This document shows, piece by piece, positions 49,290 to 53,392 of a stretch of 53,392 nucleotides of DNA. The position numbers and the translations under genes were made by a program. The notes beneath the pieces are model-generated. The model saw nothing but the letters and a program-made list of their open reading frames with translations, had not been told where the DNA came from and made no database searches. The DNA is from Octopus bimaculoides (lineage: Eukaryota): NCBI RefSeq assembly GCF_001194135.2, contig NC_068991.1, forward strand, positions 1,759,795 through 1,813,186, read 5' to 3'. Numbering within the stretch: the stretch's first letter is position 1; each line of letters opens with the position of its first letter.

Positions 49290-51231
49290 TATACATGAAT
49301 ACACATACACACATGCATATATAGATATACATGTGATTGTACATGTGTGCCTATATGCATTTATGCGTATAAATACATACGCACATATAGATATACATGT
49401 TAGTGTGCATGTGTGTAGATGCGTATATAAGCATAAGTATATACATGCATACACGCACGCTCGTACGAACGCACGTGCAAATTCGCCATGTAAGTGTGTA
49501 TTCGTATGTGTGTGCGTGTGTGTGTTTATGATGTATGTATAAATGTGTGCGTGTTTGTGTGTATTAACCTATTTATTCAATGAATTTATATTACATATTT
49601 ATTTATTAAACCAACTTACCGTACAATCCCACTTCCACCCCCACCCCACCCCCCAAAAATAGCAAAAATAGAGAGAAAAAAAAGTGGTGGGGAGAGCGAA
49701 AATATGAAAACAAGGAATTTGGCAAAACGGCGTCTTTGAATCGTAGACTGAAGATCATTTTTGAAATTCTTTAGCAATTCTACGTTTGAGGTCGAAAGTG
49801 TCTCATTTCTCCTGGAAATTACAAAACAACAACAANNNNNNNNNNNNNNNNNNNNNNNNNNNNNNNNNNNNNNNNNNNNNNNNNNNNNNNNNNNNNNNNN
49901 NNNNNNNNNNNNNNNNNNNNNNNNNNNNNNNNNNNNNNNNNNNNNNNNNNNNNNNNNNNNNNNNNNNNNNNNNNNNNNNNNNNNNNNNNNNNNNNNNNNN
50001 NNNNNNNNNNNNNNNNNNNNNNNNNNNNNNNNNNNNNNNNNNNNNNNNNNNNNNNNNNNNNNNNNNNNNNNNNNNNNNNNNNNNNNNNNNNNNNNNNNNN
50101 NNNNNNNNNNNNNNNNNNNNNNNNNNNNNNNNNNNNNNNNNNNNNNNNNNNNNNNNNNNNNNNNNNNNNNNNNNNNNNNNNNNNNNNNNNNNNNNNNNNN
50201 NNNNNNNNNNNNNNNNNNNNNNNNNNNNNNNNNNNNNNNNNNNNNNNNNNNNNNNNNNNNNNNNNNNNNNNNNNNNNNNNNNNNNNNNNNNNNNNNNNNN
50301 NNNNNNNNNNNNNNNNNNNNNNNNNNNNNNNNNNNNNNNNNNNNNNNNNNNNNNNNNNNNNNNNNNNNNNNNNNNNNNNNNNNNNNNNNNNNNNNNNNNN
50401 NNNNNNNNNNNNNNNNNNNNNNNNNNNNNNNNNNNNNNNNNNNNNNNNNNNNNNNNNNNNNNNNNNNNNNNNNNNNNNNNNNNNNNNNNNNNNNNNNNNN
50501 NNNNNNNNNGTAGAGGAGATGACTTCGATGTAATCATTTGTTAGAAATTTTTTTAAATAGTTGTAGATTGTCGCTGATGCGATGTATAAAGGCACCTGGT
50601 GAAAAGTATAGACATGTTTCGATCTTGTTAGAACACTTCAGTAAGGTATAACCTTCTCCGCTGGCGAGATTTAGAGATGAACGATAACACACACACACAC
50701 ACATATATAAGCGTATGGATAGATGGATGGATGGATGTTTGTATGTATGTATGTATGTATGTATGTATGGATGGATGAATGTATGTATGTGTATGTATGT
50801 ATGTATGTATGTGTGTATGTATGTATGTATATATGTATGTATGTACAAATTGCTATTAATCCAAACAAGCGGAGGAATAGAAGAAACGAAGTTGAAATTG
50901 CACAGAAAATAAATTAGAATTAATTAGAATTTAATTATATTTTAAAATATAGGAATACAGTTAACTGTCTTCACATTAGATTTTCTAAAGTGTAAAGTCT
51001 GTGGAGGTGTGTGGCGAATGATGTCTACTCTGGCTGTTGCTATAAAAACAGTTTGTTTTTAAAGTCGGAATGTGGTTCAGAACGCTATCCGTTAACGCGC
51101 GAATTGATTGGTCAACGTTTAAGTATTAAGCTCACGTGACAGTCGCGCGAAAAGGTCACCGAAAAGTGTTATGGACAATTATTCTTTATTATACGAAGAA
51201 TAATGATATCAATTAGCGCTCGTGCTCTACC

Positions 51232-51520
51232 ATTAGCTTAGAAGTTAGTGTATTCGGCTCACGATCTGGAGGTTGTGAGTTCGGTTCCCGGCGACGCAAA
51301 ACATTTTATTTCACGTTGCTCCAGTTGACATATGAGTTGTAACTGTATTTCAAAGAGTCAGTCTTGTCACATTTTGTATCACGCTGAATCTCCCAGACAA
51401 CTATGCTAAGGGTACGTGTGTCTGTGGAGTTCTCAGCCACTTGCATGTTAATTTCACGAGCAGGCTGTTCCGTATGATCTGATCAACAGGAACACTCATC
51501 GTCGTAACCGACGGAGGGCA
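51232..51520 (+). mobile_element. Family M SINE
   Basis: TTCGGCTCACGATC...GAGTTCGGTTCCCGGCGACGC...TTCACGAGCAGGCTGTTCCG...CGTCGTAACCGACGGAG. Confidence 0.85.
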
Positions 51521-52396
51521 AGTTGGTGTCTGTGATGACGTTGATAGTGATGTACGGAGTTGGTGGTTGCCATAGTTATGATGATGCTGNNNNNNNNNNN
51601 NNNNNNNNNNNNNNNNNNNNNNNNNNNNNNNNNNNNNNNNNNNNNNNNNNNNNNNNNNNNNNNNNNNNNNNNNNNNNNNNNNNNNNNNNNNNNNNNNNNN
51701 NNNNNNNNNNNNNNNNNNNNNNNNNNNNNNNNNNNNNNNNNNNNNNNNNNNNNNNNNNNNNNNNNNNNNNNNNNNNNNNNNNNNNNNNNNNNNNNNNNNN
51801 NNNNNNNNNNNNNNNNNNNNNNNNNNNNNNNNNNNNNNNNNNNNNNNNNNNNNNNNNNNNNNNNNNNNNNNNNNNNNNNNNNNNNNNNNNNNNNNNNNNN
51901 NNNNNNNNNNNNNNNNNNNNNNNNNNNNNNNNNNNNNNNNNNNNNNNNNNNNNNNNNNNNNNNNNNNNNNNNNNNNNNNNNNNNNNNNNNNNNNNNNNNN
52001 NNNNNNNNNNNNNNNGAGCGCGGAGTCCTTTGAGACAATTCCATACAGAATGGAATCGGTAAGGTAGCGTTAGCACAACTTGAAATATTCATAACAGAAA
52101 ACACAAATATTCGGAATTTTCCAAATGGTTACCTTTCACCTTATTTTCTGTGTCACACATTCTCTAACCTAGAAATTGGAGAGTGTGTGTGTGTGTGCGC
52201 GTGTGTGTGTGTGTGTGACCTTGTTATTCTCCCTTGATCTGCATCATCATGTGTGTGGGTGTGTGTGTGTGTGTGTGTGCACACATTTATCCTCATCTTT
52301 TAGTTTCAGTTTTTCTCTTTGTACGAGTACGTGTGATTGCGTTATATTTTAGTTGAACGGTAATTCCACTTGCGTGATAGAAATGTACACGTTGAT

Positions 52397-52600
52397 AGGC
52401 CCGTGGTCGAGTGGTTAAGCGCGTAGTACTCACGATCGTGAGATCGTGGTTTCGATTCTCCGACCGGCTGCGCGTTATGTTCTTGAGCAAAACACCTCAT
52501 TTCACGTTACTCCAGTCCACTCAGCTGTAAATAGGTCACACTGTGATGGACCAGGGTGGGGAATGTTGACCTACTCCCCTAGCCACCAGGATGACATTAT
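52397..52600 (+). mobile_element. Family M SINE head and centre with an alternative 3' tail
   Basis: TGGTCGAGTGG A-box, TTTCGATTCTC B-box, TTCTTGAGCAAAACAC and CTCCAGTCCACTCAGCTG, after which it diverges (CTGTGATGGACCAGGG...). Confidence 0.7.
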
Positions 52601-52650
52601 TCAAAGACTAAAATAATGCAAAGCGTATCGAGATTTTATAAATATAAGGT

Positions 52651-52804
52651 GGGCTTCCACACAGTTTCTTTCAAGAAAATTCACTCTCAGTACATTGGTC
52701 GGGCCGGGGGCTTTAGTAGAATGCACTTACCCAAGGGGCAGCGCGGTGGAACCGAATTCAACACCGCATGGTTCGCAAGTGAACATCTTAACCACTCTGC
52801 AGCC
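52651..52804 (-). mobile_element. Degenerate C-related SINE 5' half
   Basis: GGGCTTCCACACAGTTTC...TAGTAGAA..CACTTACCCAAGG...GAACCGAA...TTAACCAC. Confidence 0.6.
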
Positions 52805-53247
52805 TTGCCTGCATCGGAGACGTTTAAAAATCATTACGGTTTCCCTCGTCGTATCAAATTGAATTTAATAACAATAACACAGAAAAAAAACATCATAATG
52901 TCGGCAGCAATTACATCGTTAAAAGAACTCCTAAATATAAACGACTGAAATTAATGTAGTGATATTTGCTATTATCGAGTTATTTCGGCCCCTCTTAGTA
53001 TGTTACAGTAGACCCCTATTTAATTAGGTATTTAATTGGAAACTCCTGATCAGTGTAACACTTTTGTTTTGTTTTTTTGGGTTTTTTTTTCAATTTTCTT
53101 TCATTTCCTTTCGCTCTGCCTTTCTCAGTTTTATGTTCCCAGGAAAATTATTGCCATATTTTGTCTTGGAAAGTTGCTTTATTTCTTCTCTTTTCAAAGT
53201 AGTGTGATCTAGATATTCACAAATTATCGATATCACACACATGCACA

Positions 53248-53292
<45 letters not shown>

Positions 53293-53320
53293 CACACACA
53301 CATATACGTACATGTATATA

Positions 53321-53371
<51 letters not shown>

Positions 53372-53392
53372 ATGTAATATATATATATATAT

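Noticed and set aside
49194-49454. Poly-His/Gln protein
   Set aside because: It is a translation of trinucleotide microsatellites joined to CA/TA repeats.
49730-49790. Possible type I hammerhead (CTGAAGA...GAAA with a 6-bp stem I)
   Set aside because: It lacks the NUH triplet in register and a stable stem II.
52397-52475. tRNA gene (also considered at 1030-1103, 34010-34100 and 47395-47430)
   Set aside because: A and B boxes are present, but there is no closed cloverleaf and they continue into SINE bodies.

Overview
This is eukaryotic, AT-rich, repeat-dominated DNA. About 6.3 kb (12%) is N, spread over 14 gaps. The SINE families and extreme microsatellite load suggest a cephalopod, probably Octopus; that is an inference from recalled repeat families, not a database match. 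No complete protein-coding gene can be supported. Almost all ORF-track entries are microsatellite or N-run artefacts. Supported features are: about 28 copies or fragments of three tRNA-derived SINE families; a decayed mariner transposase (19529-20125, minus) fused to a mariner-derived MITE; a 3' fragment of an RTE-clade LINE missed by the ORF track (22724-22993, minus); a hAT-like MITE; two related long foldback elements; and an assembly-overlap duplication. The best leads are the foldback family (48- and 68-bp dsRNA-capable arms), several degenerate Penelope-type hammerhead-like cores, a candidate signal-peptide exon (15389-15443), a chimeric SINE, a 60-bp-period palindromic repeat pair and several motif-dense unique islands that may be enhancers or promoters. 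I found no demonstrable novel system; all leads are hypotheses.
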